DNA of 64,000 bases from a virus: positions 32,001 to 96,000 of IMG/VR virus record IMGVR_UViG_3300042539_000280, one strand, 5' to 3'. This document shows, piece by piece, positions 18,591-26,867 of this stretch (positions are counted from its first letter, which is position 1; each line of letters starts with the position of its first letter). The notes beneath the pieces were generated by a model that was not told where the DNA came from, ran no database searches, and saw only the letters and a list, made by a program, of their open reading frames with translations. The position numbers and the translations under genes were made by a program.

Positions 18591-18657
18591 GCTGGCGCTC
18601 CTGTTTAGCGTTAGAGTCCGTGGGAGGTGGTGCTCCGTGACGGACATTCCTATTTAG
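18591..18657 (-). promoter_or_regulatory. Late promoter plus structured 5' leader with an RBS-sequestering hairpin
   Basis: CTAAATA (18651-18657), then GTCCGT..GGAG..CTCC..ACGGAC, then CGCT-AAACAGG-AGCG just before ATG. Confidence 0.6.
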
Positions 18658-19112
18658 TTTTCTATAGTTTTCTGCTCGTCTTCCTGCTGTTTCTGTTTGA
18701 TTGCCGACAATAGTTCGGCAGTAGAACCTACGAATACGGCCTGTTCCACGTTGATGTGGTCTGCACCCTTCTTTCTTGGATCGGATGCAGGATCAGGTTC
18801 TTTTAGGTCCCTTTTCATTTTCTGTAGGTTATATAGGTCCTTGGACGTTTCTCCTACAGTTTTTATCAGGTTGGCAACTACCTCAAACCCTCTAGCGGAT
18901 TCGTTCTGTCGTGCAATAGTGGAAATGTCCTCTAATGCATCATTACCCTTTTCAATTAGATTACGAAGGGTATTTCTAACAAGTAGATAATCTTCATCTT
19001 GATCGTCAAGAGGTTCTACTTGATGCACAGGTTCATATGGAACCACTTCTTTTTTAGGTGGTTCCTCGTGGTTGATGCCTAAGGCATCTGATAAGTTTTT
19101 CTCAAGTCCCAT
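18654..19112 (-). CDS. gp16: Terminase small subunit
   Basis: DY...R.TL..LIEKG..AL......ESARGFEV...LIK, AVFVGST.EL. Confidence 0.93.
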   Translation of the reverse strand: MGLEKNLSDALGINHEEPPKKEVVPYEPVHQVEPLDDQDEDYLLVRNTLRNLIEKGNDALEDISTIARQNESARGFEVVANLIKTVGETSKDLYNLQKMKRDLKEPDPASDPRKKGADHINVEQAVFVGSTAELLSAIKQKQQEDEQKTIEN

Positions 19113-19123
19113 AATAATTCACT

Positions 19124-19531
19124 TTACTGTTTTCTCAAATGTTCCAATATAACAGTAGGATCATTTGAAAGTTTACCTTTTTCAATCAATTTCGAAACTT
19201 TTTTTAGTTCGCTGTCAGGATATGTTTTGATTTCGGTAAGAATATTATCCAACTGTTCAACATATAGTTTTTCTTCATCAGTCATTTCACTAATTATATA
19301 TTTGTCTTGCCATCCATAATTAGTTTTCTCATAGACAACACCTTCAATTTTTTGAAAACGGTCTAATTCTGGTGGAGGTAAACGTGTAAATCTTTCGTAA
19401 CCTTTTGGAGGGTTTTCTGGATTCAGATCAGGATGAAACATACGAAGATTCCATCCTGCAATAGGATGATCTACTGCTTTGCCTTTTTCCACTCTAATGT
19501 ATAGTTCTTCGTCCATTTTATTCCCACTCAA
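19124..19531 (-). CDS. Hypothetical fibre-associated protein
   Basis: LYIRVE.G..VDHP....NL; follows a Gly-rich adhesin-like gene. Confidence 0.6.
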   Translation of the reverse strand: MSGNKMDEELYIRVEKGKAVDHPIAGWNLRMFHPDLNPENPPKGYERFTRLPPPELDRFQKIEGVVYEKTNYGWQDKYIISEMTDEEKLYVEQLDNILTEIKTYPDSELKKVSKLIEKGKLSNDPTVILEHLRKQ

Positions 19532-20231
19532 TAGTTACAGAACCGGCAGTACCATTACCACCATTAGTGCACCATTGACTACCACGATAACCGCCTACAC
19601 CTGCACTACCTACTGTTACCGTAACATTGCTTTTCCAAACAGGAGTATTATCAGTTATAAGATGTGTCCATTCTTTTATTGCTCTACCGCTGTCACCACC
19701 TTGTCCACCATCTGAATATACACCGCCTGGTCCAGATCCGTGTCCTCTTGAACCGCCTGTATGTCCTGTAGTGTTTGTGTCGCCGCCAGTACCTACTGAG
19801 TCTGCCGCATCTAAGTCACCTACACCATATCCATAACAACCACCTTGTGATGCACCGGCGCCACCAGGACCTACAACAGGAACAGTTGATCCAAATCTTG
19901 AGGTACCACCTGAGGTACCAGGTCCGCCGCCCCAACAATACAAATATGGAAAGTGATCGGATCCACCACCTCCACCGCCTGAACCTCCTATTACATCAAC
20001 TGTAAGTGTAACAAATGGTGGAACAAGAAATGTATATGTACCTGGTGTGGAATATGTTCTTGAACCAGGTGCTGGTTTAGAATAGGCGTCGGATAATTTG
20101 ATTGTGCCTTTTTCTTTGCCTGCCAAATAACGAACATCCCAATCAGACAAGTTTATCTGTTGATTGGTGTTACCTCTTGCTAGATTGGATATATCTGATA
20201 AAGATATAGGGCCATTACTTTGAAGTGCCAT
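19518..20231 (-). CDS. Glycine-rich tail fibre tip / adhesin-like protein
   Basis: MALQSNGPISLSDI N-terminus; TPGTYTF.VP, GGSGGGGGG, VTVTVG.AG.GG...G..GSVTIEW glycine-rich domain. Confidence 0.7.
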   Translation of the reverse strand: MALQSNGPISLSDISNLARGNTNQQINLSDWDVRYLAGKEKGTIKLSDAYSKPAPGSRTYSTPGTYTFLVPPFVTLTVDVIGGSGGGGGGSDHFPYLYCWGGGPGTSGGTSRFGSTVPVVGPGGAGASQGGCYGYGVGDLDAADSVGTGGDTNTTGHTGGSRGHGSGPGGVYSDGGQGGDSGRAIKEWTHLITDNTPVWKSNVTVTVGSAGVGGYRGSQWCTNGGNGTAGSVTIEWE

Positions 20232-20233
20232 TT

Positions 20234-21583
20234 TTATCCTTTGTTTATTTTAGATGACAACTCATTTATGGCTTCGATTAGTAGAGGAACAACTCTTTCA
20301 TATCTAACTGCTTTTGTTCCATCTGGTCTTGTAATAACGGCCTCTGGTAGTACCTTTTCTAATTGTTGTGCAAGGACACCAACATCATGTTTTCTAATAA
20401 AGTAGTCATCAAGACCTCCATGATTGTTGATATATTCTTCTGACCAATCGAACTCAACACCTGTAATTGAGTTTACTTTTTCAAGTGCATTAGGTATTTT
20501 TGTTACGTTTTCTTTGAATCTTTCGTCAGATGTAAAGAATCCGGAAATGTCACCATATGTTCTGATATCACCGGATGATGTAATTTTTCCTTGAACAGTG
20601 ACATTAGATGAAATGTGTGCGTTGCCGGTATTTGCATAAATGCTGGATAGAACTGTGCTTCCTGATGCATTATAGAAATAAAGATAGGAAATACCAGATG
20701 CAGGGTTTGCCTTGATCTTTACAGTTTTGCCAAAAGTAGCACCATTAGAATCCAGAATATGTGAACCAGATGCAAATGTGCTTGTACCATAAACTACAAG
20801 ATTACCTTCTGCGGTAAATGTTCCAGTTGATACACCATCTACAGTATTGATTTTGGAATTTGCTGTACCAAATGCGGCATTTACTACAGTATATGCGGAG
20901 TTTATCTTGAAGAATCCAGCATTAGCAGCACCATAAGCAACATTGGTAACATTATAGGATGAATTAGCAACTCTATATGATGCCGTGGTATTTGTAGAAA
21001 CACCATTAGCAAATACAAAGGCAGCGGATGCATTGACGCCTGCACCAAGAGCAAGTATTGTGCCTACATTTGCCTGACTCCACGCCAAATCGGATCTGAC
21101 ATATGCAGCATTGGCCTGATCAAAACCTGCCGCAGCATTTCCATCTACTACTGATAGAATAGCATTGATTGTATTAGCAATACCACTAAGATTTAGAATT
21201 AGATTGATAGCAGTATTAGTTGCGGTATAATATGAGAAGAATGTGGTATTGACCGTATTGGCAAGGTCAAATGCGGCTTTAGCATTAGCAGCAGCACCAT
21301 TTACTGTATTAGCAATTTGTGTGGCAGCCTGGGCCGAACCAAGAACAAGATTAGCATATCCATATGCATCATTGGCAACATCAAATGCGGATGATGTTAG
21401 AAATAGAAGATCACCATCAGTAGTATCGACTACGGTAATAAGATTAGCAAGGTTTGAAGTAACATTGCTTACATTATTATAAAGTTCATTGAAGTTGTTA
21501 CTTGCTTTACCGAACGCATTTCTTAGCGTATCACCGGTACCATCATTAGCATTTGTTCCAATGTTGATTGTCTGTTTTGCCAT
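20234..21583 (-). CDS. Tail fibre with a C-terminal intramolecular chaperone (Peptidase_S74-like)
   Basis: gp9/gp10-like N-terminus INIGT.ANDGTGDTLR; SDERFKENV..I.NAL..V..I.GV.F.W...GVLAQ...VLPEAV...V.YE...PLLIEAI.EL. Confidence 0.85.
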   Translation of the reverse strand: MAKQTINIGTNANDGTGDTLRNAFGKASNNFNELYNNVSNVTSNLANLITVVDTTDGDLLFLTSSAFDVANDAYGYANLVLGSAQAATQIANTVNGAAANAKAAFDLANTVNTTFFSYYTATNTAINLILNLSGIANTINAILSVVDGNAAAGFDQANAAYVRSDLAWSQANVGTILALGAGVNASAAFVFANGVSTNTTASYRVANSSYNVTNVAYGAANAGFFKINSAYTVVNAAFGTANSKINTVDGVSTGTFTAEGNLVVYGTSTFASGSHILDSNGATFGKTVKIKANPASGISYLYFYNASGSTVLSSIYANTGNAHISSNVTVQGKITSSGDIRTYGDISGFFTSDERFKENVTKIPNALEKVNSITGVEFDWSEEYINNHGGLDDYFIRKHDVGVLAQQLEKVLPEAVITRPDGTKAVRYERVVPLLIEAINELSSKINKG

Positions 21584-21609
21584 TGCCTTTTCCGCAGTTG
21601 TTCGTTAGG

Positions 21610-21617
21610 TATTTATA
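21610..21617 (-). promoter_or_regulatory. Canonical late promoter TATAAATA for the fibre cassette
   Basis: Exact T4 consensus overlapping the gp15 stop codon. Confidence 0.7.
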
Positions 21618-22620
21618 ATTCTGTTTCTGGCCATTCGGTGACTTCAATATTATAACCATAATCATCGGTAGGTTGTGCCGTTGATGGATCTGGAGTAATT
21701 ACTATCTCTGCAAGTTTCATTGATATGACATAGAATGAATCTAATGTGCATACGCCGTTTGTAGATAATGCATGAATTTCAGTATTTACCTTGAATGTTC
21801 CTTGAACCGCACCAATCACCATCTGATCTAAATCGGAGTTATATTTGACAACCGAACCATATGCAGTAGCAGTCTGATATGTATTACCCTGATAGACCAT
21901 ATCATCTACTTTGAATACACCATTAGCATTGGCCACATTTATTCTGGCAATGTAACCAGACTGTAATGCAGGATCGTTGTAAATGTTGGTGTAGATAGAA
22001 CGAATGATCTTTGGATATGAGATTGGACCATAGTAATACATCTTCATGGTAAAGTTTAGTGTCCAATTGACATATCTTACTGAATCATAATCACCCTCAT
22101 ACTGAATATCATTAGAGACATTGTTGAGAATGATTGGAACGTCCTTATACATTCCTAGATCAGGAATCATATTAGTGGTAACTGTAAAGTCAGGATTGAA
22201 GAACGGTAAAATCTGCTCTACAATATGGGTACCGTCGTCAATGTTTCTTGTATAAATATTCAATTGAAAATTGATATCATACGGAACACCCATATAAGAC
22301 GCCGAAACATGAGTAGTGGTATTCGATCTTGCGGCCTTTAGTAATGAGTTTTGTTTGCGAGAGGCATCATAGGTAATACCAGTAATCTCGAAACCCATTC
22401 TTGGTAGCATAACCTGAATTTGTCTTAGCAAATCTGGATCAGAGAAGATACGAGTAACCATCTTCTCTTTTGGTGAATAAACCAAAGGAACACGAAAGCG
22501 ATTGACCTCCTCACCGGACTGGTCATTCTTTCTAACTACAATGATATCATCAAACAAACGGCCGAATAGAACGACCGCCTTACGAGTAAGTTGATGATAG
22601 AATGGACTATTACCTAACAT
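21613..22620 (-). CDS. gp15: Tail sheath stabiliser / terminator
   Basis: FYH...RK.V..FG.LF..I, VPL.Y.PKEK, LPRMGFE, QILPFF.P.F. Confidence 0.93.
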   Translation of the reverse strand: MLGNSPFYHQLTRKAVVLFGRLFDDIIVVRKNDQSGEEVNRFRVPLVYSPKEKMVTRIFSDPDLLRQIQVMLPRMGFEITGITYDASRKQNSLLKAARSNTTTHVSASYMGVPYDINFQLNIYTRNIDDGTHIVEQILPFFNPDFTVTTNMIPDLGMYKDVPIILNNVSNDIQYEGDYDSVRYVNWTLNFTMKMYYYGPISYPKIIRSIYTNIYNDPALQSGYIARINVANANGVFKVDDMVYQGNTYQTATAYGSVVKYNSDLDQMVIGAVQGTFKVNTEIHALSTNGVCTLDSFYVISMKLAEIVITPDPSTAQPTDDYGYNIEVTEWPETEL

Positions 22621-23517
22621 TTATGGTGTTCCAAATGGATTGAACTCGGACAAATCTAAAATCTCTCCGGCATCGGTGTTTAGTTGTTTGTTGTCGAACA
22701 TATCATATTCCGACAAATCTGAGATTGTATCGACATTGATAGTAGTATAAATGGCATTACTGGTATTACCAATTATCGTATAGTTATTAGTAAACTGACC
22801 AACAATGTTATAGAGTTGCAATGTATTATTAGATGCAAACCACTGTTTGACAGTTGCCTGTGCATATGCAGAATTTATATTACTGTTAGATGACTGATAT
22901 ACAGTTTCACCCATAAAGTAATCGATGGGTGAAATATTTGCAGAAGGTACAAGATTGATATTGATTGTATAAAGATTGTCTGTACCTACCTGATCAACTT
23001 CATCAATACCAGTAGCAATCTGTTCCTGAGAAGCACGGAAGGCCTCACATTTCAATTCATACACATAAGGTAGTTTCTTACCGATTTGGTGGAACATAAC
23101 TTCATGTTCAACAAACTTTACTTCAAACATTTTATGAAGAATAGGAACATAGACAAGATCACCTTCTTGTGGTCTTTGTCTAATAGAACCAGGCATAATG
23201 CTACGGAATGATCTGCGTGATATAACAAAGTTATCGTTGTCTCTAATCTCTAAACCAAACTTAGAGAAAAAGTCTTGCTGTCCTTCGTGCCCACCAACAT
23301 TCAATAGATATGCCTCAATTAGATAGGCCTTCTTGAATGCCGAGTTTTTATATTCACCAAAGATCATATCACCTTCATCAAATGATTCTCTTGGAATATA
23401 ATAAACGTTGTGACCCATAATCTGGATGGATTCAACAATAAGGTCTTCCATCAACAAATGTTCATTGTTGATTCTTTCTTGTGACGGATAATTGTTGAAA
23501 TAACGGTTGACTGCCAT
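22621..23517 (-). CDS. gp14: Neck protein
   Basis: EDL..ESIQ..G..VYY.PRE, FSKFGLE, RPQEGDL.Y.P, F.E.NPFG. Confidence 0.94.
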   Translation of the reverse strand: MAVNRYFNNYPSQERINNEHLLMEDLIVESIQIMGHNVYYIPRESFDEGDMIFGEYKNSAFKKAYLIEAYLLNVGGHEGQQDFFSKFGLEIRDNDNFVISRRSFRSIMPGSIRQRPQEGDLVYVPILHKMFEVKFVEHEVMFHQIGKKLPYVYELKCEAFRASQEQIATGIDEVDQVGTDNLYTININLVPSANISPIDYFMGETVYQSSNSNINSAYAQATVKQWFASNNTLQLYNIVGQFTNNYTIIGNTSNAIYTTINVDTISDLSEYDMFDNKQLNTDAGEILDLSEFNPFGTP

Positions 23518-23518
23518 A

Positions 23519-24268
23519 TTATCCTACTAGGAATCCTGGTGGTTCTTGATAAGTATCACGAATAGTTTGCTCTAAGTCTTTGATTTCTGCCACCGCTTCG
23601 TCAAAAACTTGCTGGCCATTCATGGTTATACCACCTGCCAACTGCATTCCACCATATTTCTTCATATTATTTCCCCACTGACGCTTGATATATGCTGTAC
23701 CTAAGGCCTTGAGCATACGATCATTCCAGAATAGGTTATAGGCATTTGGATCGGTAACGACACGACCTTGTGCAATGATAAACTGTCCTTCTTCAATATC
23801 ACTACCCCAATCCCAGTCGATATAGAGACGGTTGTTGATCTTGTTATAACGGATTGGTGTTTCACCTGAGAAGATCATGTCCAATGTTCTTAGATGCTGC
23901 ATGGTTAGAGCATAATTGACATAGGAGGTGGATGAAAGATCCCAGAGGTCGTTTAGACGCAACTGGTACCTTAGATCGAAAAATGTCATGGATTGATTGG
24001 TGCCACCGACAGGGAATACCTGAGTAACGGAATTTACACCTTCGGACATTTGAATATAATTGTTGGCAATATCACCGGCGGTGATTTGATGTTTTAGATA
24101 TGACTTTTCGGTTCCATCATAGTGGAATTCCTGAAAATATTGGACTGCAATAGTTATACAATCTTCGGCCTGCACATCATCAACGTTGACCTTGATTACA
24201 GGTTCACCTAGTTGACGAAAGCAAAGAGCCTTAAATTCTTCTCTATTTGCTGGTGCTGACTGTGACAT
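23519..24268 (-). CDS. gp13: Neck protein
   Basis: LG.PVI.VNV...Q..D, FDLRYQLRLND, KRQWG.N..KY.G.QL.GG.T.NG. Confidence 0.95.
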   Translation of the reverse strand: MSQSAPANREEFKALCFRQLGEPVIKVNVDDVQAEDCITIAVQYFQEFHYDGTEKSYLKHQITAGDIANNYIQMSEGVNSVTQVFPVGGTNQSMTFFDLRYQLRLNDLWDLSSTSYVNYALTMQHLRTLDMIFSGETPIRYNKINNRLYIDWDWGSDIEEGQFIIAQGRVVTDPNAYNLFWNDRMLKALGTAYIKRQWGNNMKKYGGMQLAGGITMNGQQVFDEAVAEIKDLEQTIRDTYQEPPGFLVG

Positions 24269-24295
24269 GGCAATCCTTTTAGTAGTTATTCATAC

Positions 24296-24302
24296 TATTT
24301 AG
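24296..24302 (-). promoter_or_regulatory. Late promoter CTAAATA for gp13-15
   Basis: Motif in the gap upstream of gp13. Confidence 0.65.
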
Positions 24303-24307
24303 GATTC

Positions 24308-24928
24308 CTACCGAAACTTAGGACCCTCTACCCATATCACAATTGATTTACGAACACCTGATAAAACAGGGGTCACACGATGAATCATAAATGAAGGAAA
24401 AGCAATAATAGTTCCTCTTTCCATACAAATTGTCAAAGGATTTTTTTCTTGCCCGGTATTTATTTGAAAATCACCACCTTCAAATTCATTTCTATCATTC
24501 AAAAGCATAACAAGTGTAAGTTTTCGGGTATCAAGCATTTTCATAACAGGTTCTAATTCATAACCAAGTACCGTATCACCGTGCCAATCATATTTACCTT
24601 GTTCATTTCCATTATACACTGTATATTGAATAGTATTATATCCATGCAGATCGAATTGATAAAACTGATCATTTATGGATTCAATCACATTATTATAGGT
24701 ATCAAATATCCAGGATGTTTCATCATTTCTTTCGAAAAATTTAATATCCGAAACTCTGACCGATCCATCTACTGTCTGTCCGTTTTCTTTTACAACTCCA
24801 CCTCTATACAAATCAAATTTACTACACATATTTTCAAAATGATCTAATTGGACGTTGGTAAAAGCATCTTTCCACCACACATAAAATGGTGTTATTCTTC
24901 TTCTAGTAAAGGTATCATTATGTATCAT
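24308..24928 (-). CDS. 2OG-Fe(II) oxygenase (PKHD / prolyl-hydroxylase-like)
   Basis: QYT.Y...GKYDWHGD (HxD), RKL...LLND..EFEGG, FPSF..HRVTPV..GVRKS...W..GP. Confidence 0.92.
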   Translation of the reverse strand: MIHNDTFTRRRITPFYVWWKDAFTNVQLDHFENMCSKFDLYRGGVVKENGQTVDGSVRVSDIKFFERNDETSWIFDTYNNVIESINDQFYQFDLHGYNTIQYTVYNGNEQGKYDWHGDTVLGYELEPVMKMLDTRKLTLVMLLNDRNEFEGGDFQINTGQEKNPLTICMERGTIIAFPSFMIHRVTPVLSGVRKSIVIWVEGPKFR

Positions 24929-24948
24929 ATTATATCTTTCATTATGTG

Positions 24949-25470
24949 TTAAATAGATTCAATTTTTATTGTAGGAAGTGTGTTTGCCGATGCTGAATTA
25001 GTAAACGTAATTGTCATATCTTTATTAGGAAATTCTTTGTAAAGTTTCACAAAGATTTCGTTAAAATAACTAAGAGGATCCTTTGAAGGATCTGTTGGTG
25101 AATCTTTATCAATTGTATAATTAAATTCATTTTTTTCATGTAACATTGATTCAACCACATCCAAATTTGGTTGGTTGTTAGCTAACATTAATTTTTCTTT
25201 TAGTAAAAACCACTCTGATGGTGCACCCTTTTCTATTGAATAAAGTATATCTTCTCTCGTTGGATTAAAATTAGTACCTAAAGGTACATTAATGTCAGAC
25301 TGACATCTTACCGGATAACCATCAGAAGTTCTTGCTATATCTCCTACAGCATCAAAATGTGTTGCCAAAGAATCTTCGGTAATAATATCTGTCCAATATC
25401 TAACAACAAAAGAATTATTCTCTTTATCAATTTCGATTATTCTATAGTAGATTTTAATATTATTTTCCAT
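24949..25470 (-). CDS. Hypothetical protein downstream of the adhesin
   Basis: 173-aa AT-rich ORF. Confidence 0.65.
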   Translation of the reverse strand: MENNIKIYYRIIEIDKENNSFVVRYWTDIITEDSLATHFDAVGDIARTSDGYPVRCQSDINVPLGTNFNPTREDILYSIEKGAPSEWFLLKEKLMLANNQPNLDVVESMLHEKNEFNYTIDKDSPTDPSKDPLSYFNEIFVKLYKEFPNKDMTITFTNSASANTLPTIKIESI

Positions 25471-25487
25471 TTAATCCCTCTATTTTA

Positions 25488-26840
25488 TTAGACTTGTCCG
25501 CCATTAATTGTACCTGCATTTATATATGTGATGTTGGTAGTACCAGAAACACCACTACCAATACCACCTGCTTGTCCAGACAGACCAATACCACCTGCTT
25601 GTCCAGACAGACCAATACCACCTGGTTGTCCAGACAGACCAATACCACCTGGTTGTCCTGCTAATCCCGTTAGACCAATACCGCCAGGTTGTCCTGCGGT
25701 ACCAATACCACCTGCAACACCACCACCGCCGCCGGCGAATATAGGACCGTTGACACCGGCGTTACCGCCTTGACCAATTGAACCACCTCGACCACCTGGG
25801 CCGGCAGGAACACCGCCGCCTGAACCGCCTGCTCCGCCAGCGCCGCCTGTATTTCCTAATCCAGCTTGGCCAACTTGTCCTGGAGATGCAGGTGGACCAT
25901 ATGGTCCAAACGGCGAAAGGGCGCCGCCGGCACCTACAGGAGATCCACCACCGCCGCCGCCGCCGCCGCCGCCGTATGAATATGAACCGCCACCGCCGCC
26001 GCCACCGCCGCCTCCGCCGCCAGCAGCACCACCGGCGCCGCCGCGTCCGCCGGGCCCGCCTGGACCACCAATTCCTCCTCGACCACCAGTGCCACCTGCG
26101 CCGCCTGGGCCGCCTGGGCCGCCGGCGCCGCCTGGCCCACCTGATCCTCCGGGACCACCGGTTCCGCCAGTAATAGTTGTTGTATTATTCAATAGAATTT
26201 TTATTCCTGAAATAGTATCTGCTCGAAAAGCCACACCTCCAGATTGACCGTTATTTCCTACACCGCCGATGCCGCCGTTATTTCCTACACCGCCGATGCC
26301 GCCGTTATTTCCTACACCGCCGATGCCGCCGGCATTTCCTACACCGCCGATGACTCCTATTAGACCATTATTTCCTCTACCTCCGATGCCTCCAGCGCCG
26401 CCCGCTTGTCCTGCACCTCGACCGCCGCCGGCGCCGGCACCACCTCTGCCGCCTGCACCGGATGCACCAGGTTGTCCGGCGGTCCCGGCGGCACCAACAC
26501 CACCTACGGTACCATTTGCACCAGGATTTCCTGTATTACCAGCGGCACCAACACCACCTACGTTACCTGCGGCTCCGGGGTTACCTACTGTTCCTGATGC
26601 ACCGACAGCACCAGTAATCGTGGCAGCATTTTTGATATACAGTAGCGAACCTCCCTTCCAGGATGTTCCTGTTCTAAATGCTGGTGTTGCAACGGAAGAA
26701 CTACCAATGTTGGCATTGATAAAACAAAGTAAGTTTAGAGGGTATGCTGGGCTACCCGATGTAGAATAAAGATCGACATTGTTAGTTGCTGCCGAGAGAG
26801 TTACGATCTTAGTTGGTCTAAGAATAGGAAATAACATCAT
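25488..26840 (-). CDS. Glycine-rich, gp38-like polyglycine adhesin
   Basis: Long (Gxx)n tracts separated by IKNAATITG, LNNTTTITGG and INAGTINGG rungs; GC-rich DNA; follows the long fibre gene. Confidence 0.7.
   Translation of the reverse strand: MMLFPILRPTKIVTLSAATNNVDLYSTSGSPAYPLNLLCFINANIGSSSVATPAFRTGTSWKGGSLLYIKNAATITGAVGASGTVGNPGAAGNVGGVGAAGNTGNPGANGTVGGVGAAGTAGQPGASGAGGRGGAGAGGGRGAGQAGGAGGIGGRGNNGLIGVIGGVGNAGGIGGVGNNGGIGGVGNNGGIGGVGNNGQSGGVAFRADTISGIKILLNNTTTITGGTGGPGGSGGPGGAGGPGGPGGAGGTGGRGGIGGPGGPGGRGGAGGAAGGGGGGGGGGGGSYSYGGGGGGGGGGSPVGAGGALSPFGPYGPPASPGQVGQAGLGNTGGAGGAGGSGGGVPAGPGGRGGSIGQGGNAGVNGPIFAGGGGGVAGGIGTAGQPGGIGLTGLAGQPGGIGLSGQPGGIGLSGQAGGIGLSGQAGGIGSGVSGTTNITYINAGTINGGQV
25557..25660. 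repeat. 27-bp tandem repeat (ACCAATACCACCTGCTTGTCCAGACAG), about 3.8 copies
   Basis: Units at 25557, 25584, 25611 and a partial at 25638; encodes LSGQ(A/P)GGIG. Confidence 0.9.
26248..26352. repeat. 27-bp tandem repeat (CCGTTATTTCCTACACCGCCGATGCCG), about 3.9 copies
   Basis: Units at 26248, 26275, 26302 and 26329; encodes GGIGGVGNN. Confidence 0.9.
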
Positions 26841-26867
26841 GGTTGTTTGTGCCTTTATCCTTCTAAA

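Noticed and set aside
18591-18647. ORF-track start (MSVTEHH...) for the NUMOD3 gene
   Set aside because: That ATG is only 3 nt from the promoter motif, likely upstream of +1; the ATG at 18590 has a proper AGGAG RBS
18171-18657. Group I intron or intein in the terminase
   Set aside because: gp17 and gp16 are each uninterrupted; the insert is free-standing and too short for an intron core
25528-26769. Pro-rich and Arg-rich plus-strand ORFs over the adhesin
   Set aside because: Mirror-frame products of GGN glycine codons
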